Part shown: one piece after another, positions 8,061 through 17,620 of the stretch
Position numbering within the stretch: the stretch's first letter is position 1
How the letters are laid out: the number at the start of each line of letters is the position of its first letter
Virus record (IMG/VR): IMGVR_UViG_3300033067_001183
Coordinates: 1 to 30,212 of that record
Length of the DNA stretch: 30,212 nucleotides
Reading direction: 5' to 3' (one strand)
Source of the DNA: a virus
Taxonomy: Duplodnaviria > Caudoviricetes
Program-made: the position numbers and the translations under genes
The notes under the pieces: generated by a model
The model's database searches: none
Told to the model about the DNA's origin: nothing
The model's input: only the letters and a program-made list of their open reading frames with translations

Positions 8061-9554
8061 ATGTCAATCAAAAAAGCATTAGTAAATAGATTTGATGGAG
8101 GACTTGCTGAGACCAAGTATCCAGATAGAAAAAACCAAGCTGCCGACATGCAGCATTGCGATATTTTTACTGATCCGAGACTTTTGAAAAGCCATAGAAA
8201 AAACGAAAGAGAAACAGACCAATCAGGATCATATGAGTTTTATGTTTATGATGGAGTAAGAAGAAGTGATGGAAAAATAATTGGAGTTGGGTATACATCT
8301 GCTGCATCAAGTGCCGCTAGGTTTTACAGAAAAAACAATGACGATGTGTCCTCTTACTGGCAACAAAGCTCAGTAACTGCCGGAAACACTCCATATTATA
8401 ATGGTGCGATTTCTTATAAAGACTCGGTGTACTGTCTTTCATATTCAGGAACTTCTAATTATCTTTACAGATACGATGGCGATGCAACAGCGACAAGTGT
8501 GGTTTCCTCTTTTACAGAGTCTACAGGAACAGGCTCAAGAATTCCTAAACCAATAATGCATCCACAAGACTCAAAGCTTTATATTGCAATCGGAAAAACA
8601 GTTTTTGTGTGGGATGGCTCAGCCGGAACAGTTACTTCAGGAATTACAACTCCTTATACAATTGTAGGTATTTCACACTGGGGAACTTATGTGGCTTTGG
8701 CCTGTGTTGATGGACAAGGGAGAAGTATTGTTTATTTGTGGGGAAGAGACACAACAATTACAACTTTCCAAGAGGTTATTTCGTTTGGAGATGACAGAAT
8801 TGTTTTACTAGCAAATATGAATGGTGTGCTTGTAAGTGTGTCTACAAAAAGTCAGGCTTCAACATTCCTAGATGCAAAAATTACAATAAGAGGATATGTT
8901 GGTGGAACTCCTAAAATTCTAAAACAATGGTTCAGTACAGACTATGTATATCTTTATGGATATTATTTTGTGTGGAAAGATGTACTTTATTTCCTAGACT
9001 CAAACAACACTCCTCAGGTTTTTGCTTTTGGATTTAATAAAAATGGAGAGCCGATGCTAAGCAAAGACAGGGTGACAAATTATGAGGGAGAAACAAGCAC
9101 AACTTGTTATCACTTTTTTAACATTCACGACTATTTCTTTTTTGCAAATGTAACAGGGAAACTGAATAGAACCTATGGGGGACAACCACCTTTGTATAAT
9201 ACTCAAGACTCAGTTTATACATTCCCAATCAATGTTGATGTAGCTTTGGAAGACCAAGCTAAAATAAAAAAACTCCACAGCGTTTATGTTAGATGTTATG
9301 CAAACTCCACTTCCGGCAGCACAAGTTATGGAACTATAAAATTGGAATATTCGGTGGATGGTGGCTCTTTTTCAACTGTGTTCAGCGAAGCAAGTCCAGT
9401 AAACAAGTCCAACTTCGTTATTGAAGCATTGGGAGATTTAAATGGTGATGCTCTTGGGGAAGGGCGCGACATTCAATTCAAACTTACCTTTGATCAGGGT
9501 GTGGACATTGCAGAGTTTGGCTATAAATATGAAACAGTAGAAACTACTATTTAA
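8061..9554 (+). CDS. Tail nozzle/stabilisation protein (tubular protein B / P22 gp10-like)
   Basis: N-terminal 'FDGGL', aromatic beta-propeller-like body, C-terminal 'GRDIQFKL'; follows the adaptor. Confidence 0.7.
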   Translation: MSIKKALVNRFDGGLAETKYPDRKNQAADMQHCDIFTDPRLLKSHRKNERETDQSGSYEFYVYDGVRRSDGKIIGVGYTSAASSAARFYRKNNDDVSSYWQQSSVTAGNTPYYNGAISYKDSVYCLSYSGTSNYLYRYDGDATATSVVSSFTESTGTGSRIPKPIMHPQDSKLYIAIGKTVFVWDGSAGTVTSGITTPYTIVGISHWGTYVALACVDGQGRSIVYLWGRDTTITTFQEVISFGDDRIVLLANMNGVLVSVSTKSQASTFLDAKITIRGYVGGTPKILKQWFSTDYVYLYGYYFVWKDVLYFLDSNNTPQVFAFGFNKNGEPMLSKDRVTNYEGETSTTCYHFFNIHDYFFFANVTGKLNRTYGGQPPLYNTQDSVYTFPINVDVALEDQAKIKKLHSVYVRCYANSTSGSTSYGTIKLEYSVDGGSFSTVFSEASPVNKSNFVIEALGDLNGDALGEGRDIQFKLTFDQGVDIAEFGYKYETVETTI

Positions 9555-9559
9555 AATAT

Positions 9560-9802
9560 ATGAATAATCAAGATTTAAGAATACAAGAGTTGGAGAAAGA
9601 AGTAAAAAGACTAAAAGAAGTAGTTGATAGTGTTTTTCAATACAATGGTCAAGGCAGAACATATTTAAAAAATATAATTGTAATTGATAAGGAGGCTAAG
9701 ATTGGGTTTTTTGGAAAAGAACCGGCTCGCCAACAAACATTGGCATCCGATACCCTTGCAAATTTATTAACAGCGTTAAGAAGTCTAGGCTTGATTTCCT
9801 AG
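9560..9802 (+). CDS. Small virion protein
   Basis: Coiled-coil N-terminus; 'IGFFG..P..Q' and 'LL.ALR.LGLI' motifs seen in phage structural proteins. Confidence 0.6.
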   Translation: MNNQDLRIQELEKEVKRLKEVVDSVFQYNGQGRTYLKNIIVIDKEAKIGFFGKEPARQQTLASDTLANLLTALRSLGLIS

Positions 9803-9807
9803 AAATA

Positions 9808-9816
9808 TGATAAACT
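9808..9816 (+). promoter_or_regulatory. Possible extended -10 promoter for the ejection-protein genes
   Basis: TG-a-TAAACT, 12 nt before the ATG at 9829. Confidence 0.35.
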
Positions 9817-9828
9817 AAAAATAAAATT

Positions 9829-11955
9829 ATGAATAACTCAATTGTAGACTATTTAGATACGACCGGACAAGCTAGTGATTTTTCATCTAGAAAAAAACTT
9901 GCAGAGTCAAGTGGTATTTCAAATTACATGGGAAGTGCTGATCAAAACATTCAGCTTTTAAATACACTAAAGGCAAAAGCGCCGGCAACTAATCCAACAA
10001 CGACAACAACTCCAACACAAGCAGGTGCAATTACTGTCGACCAAATGAAACCTGCAACTCCAATCAAATCAGTAACTCCTCCAGTTGATTCAACAAATTA
10101 TACTGGCATTGGAAGTGCTGCAACATCGTCAACTGCAAAGGCATATGAGGAAATCAACAAGCTGTATCAAACCTTACAGACTAAAAATGTGACAGACGCA
10201 ACTTCTATCTCCTCTACGATGGAAAAGCTACTCGGAAAAGGTGCAGACACAGTACAGGCTAATGAAACTGCAGGTGTAAATTCAGCCACAGAAGAACTAA
10301 ATAAATATCTAACTCAAATCGCTGACATAAATGCGCAATCGTCTGTTCTAGACAAGGAGGCTTCAGCTATTCCTTTGATATTGCAAGAGAAAGTGGCCGG
10401 ACAAGGTGTGACAGATGCAGGCCTAGCGCCAGAGCAAGCCGGAGAACTTCGTAAAAATGCAATCAAGCGCCTTGAGTTATCTGCAAAAGCCGACATTGTT
10501 TCAGCAGGGGCAACTGGCTCACTAAATAAATTAAATCTTGCAAAAGAAAAAGCACAACAAATTATTGATTTGAAGTATAAACCTTTGGAGGACAACTTGA
10601 ATGTTCGTTTGAAACAATACGAACTTAACAAAGACATTCTTTCTACTATTTCAAAAGAGAGAACTGAGGCTTTGGATGCAAAATTAAAAGAGGAAACTGC
10701 TATCCTTTCATATTACAAGGACAAGGAAAAAGCAAAATCTGATTTGATTGTAAAGGCTGCTCCTTATGCTCCTGCTGCTCTTTTGGAGAGAGCTTCAAAT
10801 GCTCCAGATGCGCAATCTGCTGCAATTATTCTAGGCTCATATGCCGGAGATTATTTGGCACAACAAAAACTAAATCAAGAAATCATTAAACTCAAAATAG
10901 AAAATGGTACTTACAACATGAATGACACTACAAGCATTGGAGTAATTTCAAAAGACAATGGCTTTACATTGGAAGATTTCAAGCGAGGCATTGGAATGCT
11001 CGAGTCTAGCCAGAATTACTCAGCATTGGGCAAAATAATGGAAACTGGGGCGTATAAAGGGGACAGAGCCTATGGTAAATACCAAGTAATGGGGAAAAAT
11101 ATCCCTGACTGGACACAAAAAGCGCTTGGAAGATCACTAACTCCTCAGCAATTCTTAGCATCTCCGGAGGCACAAGAGAAAGTTTTTGAATATCAATCAG
11201 AATTAAACTACGCTAAATATGGAAACTGGGATGATGTAGCAAGCGTATGGTTCTCAGGGCAACCAGTATCTGGGAATTATGCTTCAGATGGTCAAACTTC
11301 AGTACCTGATTACATTAAAAAAATGCGCAAGTTTATGGGCGTGACTGAAAAAACACCTATTCAAATTGATGGGTACTCTCCACAAGTAATTAATGCAGTA
11401 ACAAATGGATTGGTGTCAGCAGGTCAACTAGTAACTGCAACTACTGGCCAAGTACCTAAAAATATCGGTGCAGAGGAACAGAAAGGTGTGACTGCTCTTA
11501 GAGATTTGATTAAAAAAATGGATGAATATAAAACTTTGTACACAGAACTTCAAGGCGAGGGAGTGACAGGGGTGTTTGGAACTGGAATTGTGAAAGGATT
11601 AAAAAACTCTATCGCTCCATCCGTAAATGCGACAGCTTTGTCTTCATTGCAAGATGAAATTGTCGACCTTTTGTCTCGTGCTAGATCAGGTGCTGCATTG
11701 TCAGTAGTAGAAGAGGCAAGATATGCAGAGAAACTGCCAACATCTTACTCAGCAGACTCCTTCTTTGGTAATCCGCAAGTGGAAATTGATAGTTTGAAGA
11801 AGAGTTTAGAAGGGACACTAAACAGTAAACTTACAACTTACGGAGTTACTTTCGCTCCGACAGCAGAGGATATATACTTTGCGCAAATGAAAGGTGCTAT
11901 AACCGGCGCAACCTCTACCTCTTCAGGAGGAGGAGTAGGTGGATATAGTTATTAA
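9829..11955 (+). CDS. Internal virion/ejection protein with a DUF3597-like N-terminus and a lysozyme-like (lytic transglycosylase) domain
   Basis: N-terminus SIVDYL..GQ.SDFSSRKKLA...GI.NY.GSADQN..LL; central ESSQNY...AYGKYQVM...FLASPEAQE...WFSG; long helical regions. Confidence 0.75.
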   Translation: MNNSIVDYLDTTGQASDFSSRKKLAESSGISNYMGSADQNIQLLNTLKAKAPATNPTTTTTPTQAGAITVDQMKPATPIKSVTPPVDSTNYTGIGSAATSSTAKAYEEINKLYQTLQTKNVTDATSISSTMEKLLGKGADTVQANETAGVNSATEELNKYLTQIADINAQSSVLDKEASAIPLILQEKVAGQGVTDAGLAPEQAGELRKNAIKRLELSAKADIVSAGATGSLNKLNLAKEKAQQIIDLKYKPLEDNLNVRLKQYELNKDILSTISKERTEALDAKLKEETAILSYYKDKEKAKSDLIVKAAPYAPAALLERASNAPDAQSAAIILGSYAGDYLAQQKLNQEIIKLKIENGTYNMNDTTSIGVISKDNGFTLEDFKRGIGMLESSQNYSALGKIMETGAYKGDRAYGKYQVMGKNIPDWTQKALGRSLTPQQFLASPEAQEKVFEYQSELNYAKYGNWDDVASVWFSGQPVSGNYASDGQTSVPDYIKKMRKFMGVTEKTPIQIDGYSPQVINAVTNGLVSAGQLVTATTGQVPKNIGAEEQKGVTALRDLIKKMDEYKTLYTELQGEGVTGVFGTGIVKGLKNSIAPSVNATALSSLQDEIVDLLSRARSGAALSVVEEARYAEKLPTSYSADSFFGNPQVEIDSLKKSLEGTLNSKLTTYGVTFAPTAEDIYFAQMKGAITGATSTSSGGGVGGYSY

Positions 11956-11967
11956 TAATAAAAATTT

Positions 11968-13776
11968 ATGCAAAACAACAACAAAACAATTTCAAGACAA
12001 CAAATGCAGACGATGTTAGACAATCGTCCTCAGGGAGTTGATGGTAAAAAATTTATAGACAGATTTGTGGCGGATGGTTTTACTGTGGAAGGAATAAATG
12101 ATACTCCAGTACAAAAAGCTCCTGAAAAACCTTTGACTGAAAAACTTACAGACAGAATAAAAAACATTACAGACGCCGGAGCAGGCATTGGGGATAGTTT
12201 CTCGAAGGCTGTTGATCCAAATGCCACATTTCAAGATTCTACAAACGCCGGAATGACAAACGCAAAGGATACTGCAAAGATAATTGGAAACACAGTTGGT
12301 CTGGCTGCTGATTCTATCAACTCTTTAATTGACTCTGCAACTGAAATCACCGGAGTAAATGCAATAATGGAAAAGGCAATCACATCCCTGCCTGAAAGTG
12401 TGCAAATTCAACTTGGCCAGACGCTTTTGAAAGGAGAGGAAGTGGTAAATCAACTATTCCCAGATGAAACAATCAGAGGAGAGGTAGCGCAGGCTCTTGG
12501 AAACATCCTAAGTGTGGCCGGTTCAGTAACTGGTGCAAAACTAGGTGCTAATTTGCTTAAAAAAGCAGCTGTAAAAACTGCAGAGACATCTGTTGCAGCC
12601 GGAAAAGCCACAGTAGACGCTACTAAGCAAGCATTAGAAAAGACAGCCGGAGTCACAAAGCCAATCGTTGAGAAAGTAAAAGGTGTGGGTAGAAATGTGG
12701 TCGCAAATGTAGAAGACGCTAAGAAAACAGAGGCTATTATTACTGCGCTCCCAACTAAAATTCAACAAAATGCTGCTAGAACTGGAATTGATATTGCTGA
12801 TATTAATACCTTGTCTAGACTAGACAAAAATAATCTACCGGAAGTAAAACAATTAGTTGATGCGGCCGAAGCCTTTGCAAGAGGAACATCAGCAACTGAT
12901 CCACAAGAGATTGTAGGTAAGCCTTTGACTGCAAAAATACTTGAATTAGCTAAAAGACAAGATGAAGTTGGCGCTAGACTGGGCGAAATTTCAAAAAATC
13001 TTGGCATACTTGATAATGAAACTGTACAGAACTCTGTACTCAAGAGGTTGCAGTCAATTGGTGGCTTAAAAGGATTAAAAATAAAAGAAGATGGTGGATT
13101 AGACTTTGATGCTACCACTCTTAAATCTGCTCTCACGAGCGCCGACAGGTCTGCGATTGAAACTGCCTTCAAAGAGGCAATTGACTCAGGAACAGGCGAG
13201 CAAGCTCACTTGTTTAGACAAGAGTTGTTTGAAGTATTGGATGGTAAAAAGAAATCACTTGCAAATATTACAGACACTCAGGATAAGGCTTTAAATGCTA
13301 TCCGAGCCGGTCTTTCTGATGTCCTAGAAGCAAACAATCCTCAATACAAAAAGGTAAGTAATGAATATAGAAAAATTGTACAGCCTCTTTCTGATTTGAG
13401 AAAGCTAAACAAAAACTTAACTCCAGATAATGAGAAATTAGAAGATGTGTTAGACATCTCTGGTGGATTACTTGCTCGCAGACTGGTAAGCAATGCGCCA
13501 TCTCGTGCCGAAGTTATGAGAGTTTTGAAAGCGCTTGACGATGCAACTCCGGAAAAAGGAACTACAGCTAAAAAACTGCAAGACCTGATTGAGGCTTACT
13601 CGGTGGTAGGCAAATATTACGATGTTTCGCCGAAGACTTCATTCAAAGGTCTGGTGGAACAGGCGAATGGTATCTCAGAGGAGATTGTTAGTGCTGCAAC
13701 TCAACTGGCCGGAGTGACTCCTGCAGTTAGACAAAAACTTCTGAAACAATTAATTGAGGAACTTTCACAAAACTAA
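11968..13776 (+). CDS. Internal virion/DNA ejection protein
   Basis: Large, Ala/Lys/Leu-rich helical protein lacking Cys and Trp, in the typical podophage position. Confidence 0.65.
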   Translation: MQNNNKTISRQQMQTMLDNRPQGVDGKKFIDRFVADGFTVEGINDTPVQKAPEKPLTEKLTDRIKNITDAGAGIGDSFSKAVDPNATFQDSTNAGMTNAKDTAKIIGNTVGLAADSINSLIDSATEITGVNAIMEKAITSLPESVQIQLGQTLLKGEEVVNQLFPDETIRGEVAQALGNILSVAGSVTGAKLGANLLKKAAVKTAETSVAAGKATVDATKQALEKTAGVTKPIVEKVKGVGRNVVANVEDAKKTEAIITALPTKIQQNAARTGIDIADINTLSRLDKNNLPEVKQLVDAAEAFARGTSATDPQEIVGKPLTAKILELAKRQDEVGARLGEISKNLGILDNETVQNSVLKRLQSIGGLKGLKIKEDGGLDFDATTLKSALTSADRSAIETAFKEAIDSGTGEQAHLFRQELFEVLDGKKKSLANITDTQDKALNAIRAGLSDVLEANNPQYKKVSNEYRKIVQPLSDLRKLNKNLTPDNEKLEDVLDISGGLLARRLVSNAPSRAEVMRVLKALDDATPEKGTTAKKLQDLIEAYSVVGKYYDVSPKTSFKGLVEQANGISEEIVSAATQLAGVTPAVRQKLLKQLIEELSQN

Positions 13777-13883
13777 GCTTTCCTAAGTATGACAAAAATT
13801 ATAAACAAAAATATATACAAAAATAGGGCTAATCCCCAACTGATAGCAAGTCCAATTAATCCAAAGAAAATTAAATCTTTCAT
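13773..13883 (-). CDS. 36-aa hydrophobic membrane peptide, antisense to the virion operon
   Basis: MKDLIFFGLIGLAISWGLALFLYIFLFIIFVILRKA*. TGTGA-TACAAT (-10 at 13891-13896 on the - strand) lies 7 nt before the ATG. Confidence 0.65.
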   Translation of the reverse strand: MKDLIFFGLIGLAISWGLALFLYIFLFIIFVILRKA

Positions 13884-13944
13884 TGTGTATATTGTATCAC
13901 AAAAAAATATGATAGACTCCAATAAGGAGAAATAAAAAATATTT

Positions 13945-16110
13945 ATGAATGAAGAAACCACAAAAGCATTAACTAATCTGGCTAAAATGTTTGGCTCAGA
14001 CAGAGTATTAACTTCTCAAGAAATTGATAAGGTTTTAAATAGTATTTTGAAGATGCTTGTAGAAAATAAAAAGTCGACAGACTCTCTAAATGCTGACACA
14101 AAAGCACAGGTGGAAAAGCTTTTAAATAAGTTTTTAGACAAATACAAAGTCTTTACAGAGGACATGAAAACTCTCAAAGAGGATGTTACCGATGTGGAAA
14201 AGTCAATGCTAGAAAAAGTAGAAGTTAAAGTGCAGGAGGTTTCTTATTTAATAGAGGAAATTAAAAAAATAAATACTACTCATGAAAAACTTGAGATAGA
14301 TGATGTAGTACAAGCTGTAATGGAAAACATTACACTTCCTGAGGTTCAGGAGATGATGGAAATATCAGGAGAAAGAATTATTGATTTAATCAATGAGACT
14401 GCAAATACAGATGAGAATAAAATATCTTGGTCTAAAATAAAAGATGTGCCGGAGTTTTTTTCTACGCCTCAAAGTAAAAAAGGCAAGCTAAAAGAGGGTG
14501 GAATGTCGCCAACTGTTCTAAGACAAGCAGTAGACCTTGATCACACTACAAGAGCCGATGGGTATGCAATCGTCTGGGATGAGACCTTACAAAAACACAA
14601 ATATGCTGCTTCCGGTGGAGGTGGTGGTGGGTCAGGAACAGTAAATTCAGGTACTCAATATCGTATTGCTTATTACGCTACAACTGGAACTGCAGTATCT
14701 CAGGCAGCAGCAATTACAGCCGACAGAGTTATTATTTCAAACACAAATGGCGTACCGGTTCACTCAAGCGTAACAACAACGACTCTTGGATACCTAGACG
14801 CTACTTCATCTATTCAAACTCAATTAAATGCAAAACAAGCAACTATTACCGGAGGTGCAACTTCAATAGTATCCTCTGATTTAACTGCTTCTAGAGTATT
14901 GGTTTCAGATGCAAGTGGAAAAGTTGCAGTATCAAGTGTTACAACAACTGTTCTAGGCTATTTAGATGCAACATCTTCAATACAAACACAATTAAACGCA
15001 AAGCAAGGCACAATCACAACAGGCACAACTTCTCAATATTTTAGAGGGGATTTATCTTTGGCAACATTTCCAACGGCTGTGTCTTCGTTTTCAAATGACG
15101 CAGGATATATTACCTCTTCATCTTTGACTCCATACGCGCTTTTGTCAGGAACATTGGCACAATTTGCTTCAACGACATCTACAGAATTGAGAGGTGTAAT
15201 TTCTGACGAGACCGGTACTGGTTCTTTGGTGTTTGCAACTTCTCCAACACTTGTAACTCCTGTTCTTGGTGTAGCAACAGCAACTTCAATCAATAAATTA
15301 ACAATTACAACTCCGGCCACAAGTTCTGTTTTGACTATTGCAGATGGTAAAACTTTGACTGCAAACGCTTCAATTATATTAGCAGGAACAGATGCATCAA
15401 CATTAACATTAGCTGGGAATTTAACAACATCAGGTGCAAACGCTTTGACACTAACAACATCTGGTGCAACAAATGTAACACTTCCAACAACAGGAACACT
15501 TGCAACATTAGCAGGTGCTGAAACATTTACAAATAAAACGCTCACTGCTCCAAAATTTGCAGACTTAGGGTTTATTGCTGATGCAAACGGAAATGAAATG
15601 GTGATCTTTGATACAACAACATCAGCAGTTAATGAGTTTACTTTAGTAAACGCAGCAACTGGTACTGCTCCACAAATTAAATCAACAGGTTCAGACACAA
15701 ACATTGATTTACTTCTTGTACCAAAAGGAACTGGAATTGTGAAGGGTGAGTTAAAAAGATTTATGGTGCGCCTAGTAGAAGCAGCAACAGATCAGGCCAC
15801 TGGGACTGCTATTGGTGGAGATTACAGAATTTCAAATCGTGCGATTACTGTGAAGGCAGTCGGATCATATTGTGATACTGCAGGTACTACTGGTACTTAC
15901 ACAATTGATATCAATGAGGCAGGCACAACAATTCTTTCTACAAAAATTACTGTAGACTCGACTGAAAAATCATCTGAAACCGCTGCAACAGCTCCAGTAA
16001 TTTCAGACGCAACAATTGCTGCTGACGCAATAATTACTTTTGATGTTGACGCTGTTCAAACTACAAAAGCCAAAGGTTTGGTAGTTTGGGTTGACTATGT
16101 GTACGCATAG
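13945..16110 (+). CDS. Tail fibre protein
   Basis: Coiled-coil N-terminus, poly-Gly hinge, Thr/Ser/Ala-rich beta shaft with duplicated LGYLDATSSIQTQLNAKQ and an 'LVFATSPTLVTP.LG' fibre motif. Confidence 0.8.
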   Translation: MNEETTKALTNLAKMFGSDRVLTSQEIDKVLNSILKMLVENKKSTDSLNADTKAQVEKLLNKFLDKYKVFTEDMKTLKEDVTDVEKSMLEKVEVKVQEVSYLIEEIKKINTTHEKLEIDDVVQAVMENITLPEVQEMMEISGERIIDLINETANTDENKISWSKIKDVPEFFSTPQSKKGKLKEGGMSPTVLRQAVDLDHTTRADGYAIVWDETLQKHKYAASGGGGGGSGTVNSGTQYRIAYYATTGTAVSQAAAITADRVIISNTNGVPVHSSVTTTTLGYLDATSSIQTQLNAKQATITGGATSIVSSDLTASRVLVSDASGKVAVSSVTTTVLGYLDATSSIQTQLNAKQGTITTGTTSQYFRGDLSLATFPTAVSSFSNDAGYITSSSLTPYALLSGTLAQFASTTSTELRGVISDETGTGSLVFATSPTLVTPVLGVATATSINKLTITTPATSSVLTIADGKTLTANASIILAGTDASTLTLAGNLTTSGANALTLTTSGATNVTLPTTGTLATLAGAETFTNKTLTAPKFADLGFIADANGNEMVIFDTTTSAVNEFTLVNAATGTAPQIKSTGSDTNIDLLLVPKGTGIVKGELKRFMVRLVEAATDQATGTAIGGDYRISNRAITVKAVGSYCDTAGTTGTYTIDINEAGTTILSTKITVDSTEKSSETAATAPVISDATIAADAIITFDVDAVQTTKAKGLVVWVDYVYA
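14764..15018 (+). repeat. Duplicated 29-aa tail-fibre module, 168 nt apart
   Basis: SSVTTTTLGYLDATSSIQTQLNAKQATIT (14764-14850) versus SSVTTTVLGYLDATSSIQTQLNAKQGTIT (14932-15018), with synonymous divergence. Confidence 0.85.
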
Positions 16111-16139
16111 TTTTAGAAAGATAAACATAAAAAACATAT

Positions 16140-16490
16140 ATGGCACATTTTGCAAAAATAGAAAACAATAAAGTAACTCAAGTAATCGTCGCTGACACTC
16201 AAGAATGGTGTGAGGCTGCTTTAGGTGGTGAATGGCTACAAACTTCTTACAATACGCAAGGTGGAGTACATCTAAATGGCGGTACACCACTACGTAAAAA
16301 CTATGCAGGCATAGGATATACATACGATAGGAATAGAGACGCTTTTATACCTCCTCAACCATATCCAAGTTGGATTTTGAACGAAGAAACTTGTTTATGG
16401 GATTCACCAATTCCTTATCCTGATGACGGTGGATTTCATGAGTGGGATGAAGAAAGGTCGCAATGGAATAAAATAACAATAAACTTATAA
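16140..16490 (+). CDS. Conserved tail-fibre-associated protein
   Basis: MAHFA.I...V..VIV, W.QTSYN, RKNYAGIGYTYD and FIPPQPYPSW motifs, common beside Gly-rich fibre genes. Confidence 0.75.
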   Translation: MAHFAKIENNKVTQVIVADTQEWCEAALGGEWLQTSYNTQGGVHLNGGTPLRKNYAGIGYTYDRNRDAFIPPQPYPSWILNEETCLWDSPIPYPDDGGFHEWDEERSQWNKITINL

Positions 16491-16494
16491 TTTT

Positions 16495-17334
16495 ATGGCA
16501 ACCTATGATGTAAGAATAGTAGCTGGTGGTGGTTCGGGTGGAGACGGGGGTGGTGGTGGTGGAGGAGCTGGGGCAGATAGAATTTTAACAGCGCAATCAA
16601 TTACCGCAGGTACATATACAGTTACTGTAGGAGCTGGAGGGGCTGCTGCCACAGGAGTTATTGCTAAAGGTAATAATGGTTCTGACTCATCTTTTAACGG
16701 AACTACAGCTACGGGTGGTGGTGGTGGAGGTGCTTACGGAACAAACACTACTGACCGTGCAGGTAAAAACGGTGGTTCTGGTGGAGGGGGAGGATGGGGG
16801 GCAGGAACTGGAACAGCTTTAGGTGGAACAGCTTCAACTGGCGGTAACGCTGGAGGTAATGGACAAACAACAGATTCTTCTGCTGCTGGTGGGGGTGGAG
16901 GTTCTTCAGCTGCAGGAGGGAACTCTTCTGGTACAACAGGAGGTAATGGAGGAAATGGAACAGCTAATTCAATTACTGGTTCTTCTGTAACTCTAGCTGG
17001 TGGTGGTGGGGGTTCAATGTTTTCTGGAACTTCTGGTGGTACTGGGGGTACTGGTGGAGGTGGGGCAGGTAAAGTATCAACCCCAGGAAATGCAGGTACG
17101 GCAAATACTGGAGGTGGAGGAGGGGGTGTTGGTGACGCTAATGCTACTTCTGGTGCAGGAGGTTCAGGAGTAGTAATTATACGCCTATTAACTTCAGACT
17201 GGTCAACTATCACAGGAGGCACACAAACTACTGACGGCTCATATACAGTTTGTACATTTACTTCAAGTGGGAACTTGGTTTTAGCAGGTGGAGGAGGAGG
17301 AGCAACTTACATACCTAAAATAATGATGAGTTAA
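16495..17334 (+). CDS. Glycine-rich tail/adhesin protein
   Basis: Poly-Gly segments with Y.VTVGAGG, ANTGGGGGG, GGSGVVII and FTSSG. Confidence 0.8.
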   Translation: MATYDVRIVAGGGSGGDGGGGGGGAGADRILTAQSITAGTYTVTVGAGGAAATGVIAKGNNGSDSSFNGTTATGGGGGGAYGTNTTDRAGKNGGSGGGGGWGAGTGTALGGTASTGGNAGGNGQTTDSSAAGGGGGSSAAGGNSSGTTGGNGGNGTANSITGSSVTLAGGGGGSMFSGTSGGTGGTGGGGAGKVSTPGNAGTANTGGGGGGVGDANATSGAGGSGVVIIRLLTSDWSTITGGTQTTDGSYTVCTFTSSGNLVLAGGGGGATYIPKIMMS

Positions 17335-17339
17335 ATTAT

Positions 17340-17618
17340 ATGCCAAATAATATTAGAGAGACTAACCAAATAAATACAACAGAAGAACACCTCCTTAAAG
17401 AATTTATGATGCAAGAAGAATTAAAAAAATTAAATGAAACACTAGAAACCTTACTTAGACATTCTGAGGAGCGAGACATTAAAGTTGATGAAATGTATCA
17501 GCTTTATAAAAGTGGAGGCATGGTAATTACCTTCTTAAAGTGGACTTTCACTTTAATAATGGCTCTTGGTGGGGCTTACCTATTATTAAAACAGATCTTT
17601 TCAATCGTAATAAAATAA
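17340..17618 (+). CDS. Putative holin/lysis membrane protein
   Basis: Coiled coil plus one C-terminal TM helix; directly before the endolysin. Confidence 0.5.
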   Translation: MPNNIRETNQINTTEEHLLKEFMMQEELKKLNETLETLLRHSEERDIKVDEMYQLYKSGGMVITFLKWTFTLIMALGGAYLLLKQIFSIVIK

Positions 17619-17620
17619 TC

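Noticed and set aside
14764-15018. Tail-fibre duplication as a DGR template/variable repeat pair
   Set aside because: Differences are mostly synonymous and not adenine-specific, both copies are in-frame, and there is no reverse transcriptase.
577-17222. Many antisense or alternate-frame ORFs in the track (e.g. 1722-2054, 12762-13172, 15033-15704, 16734-17222)
   Set aside because: They are shadows of well-supported + strand genes. The Pro-rich 16734-17222 ORF simply mirrors Gly codons.
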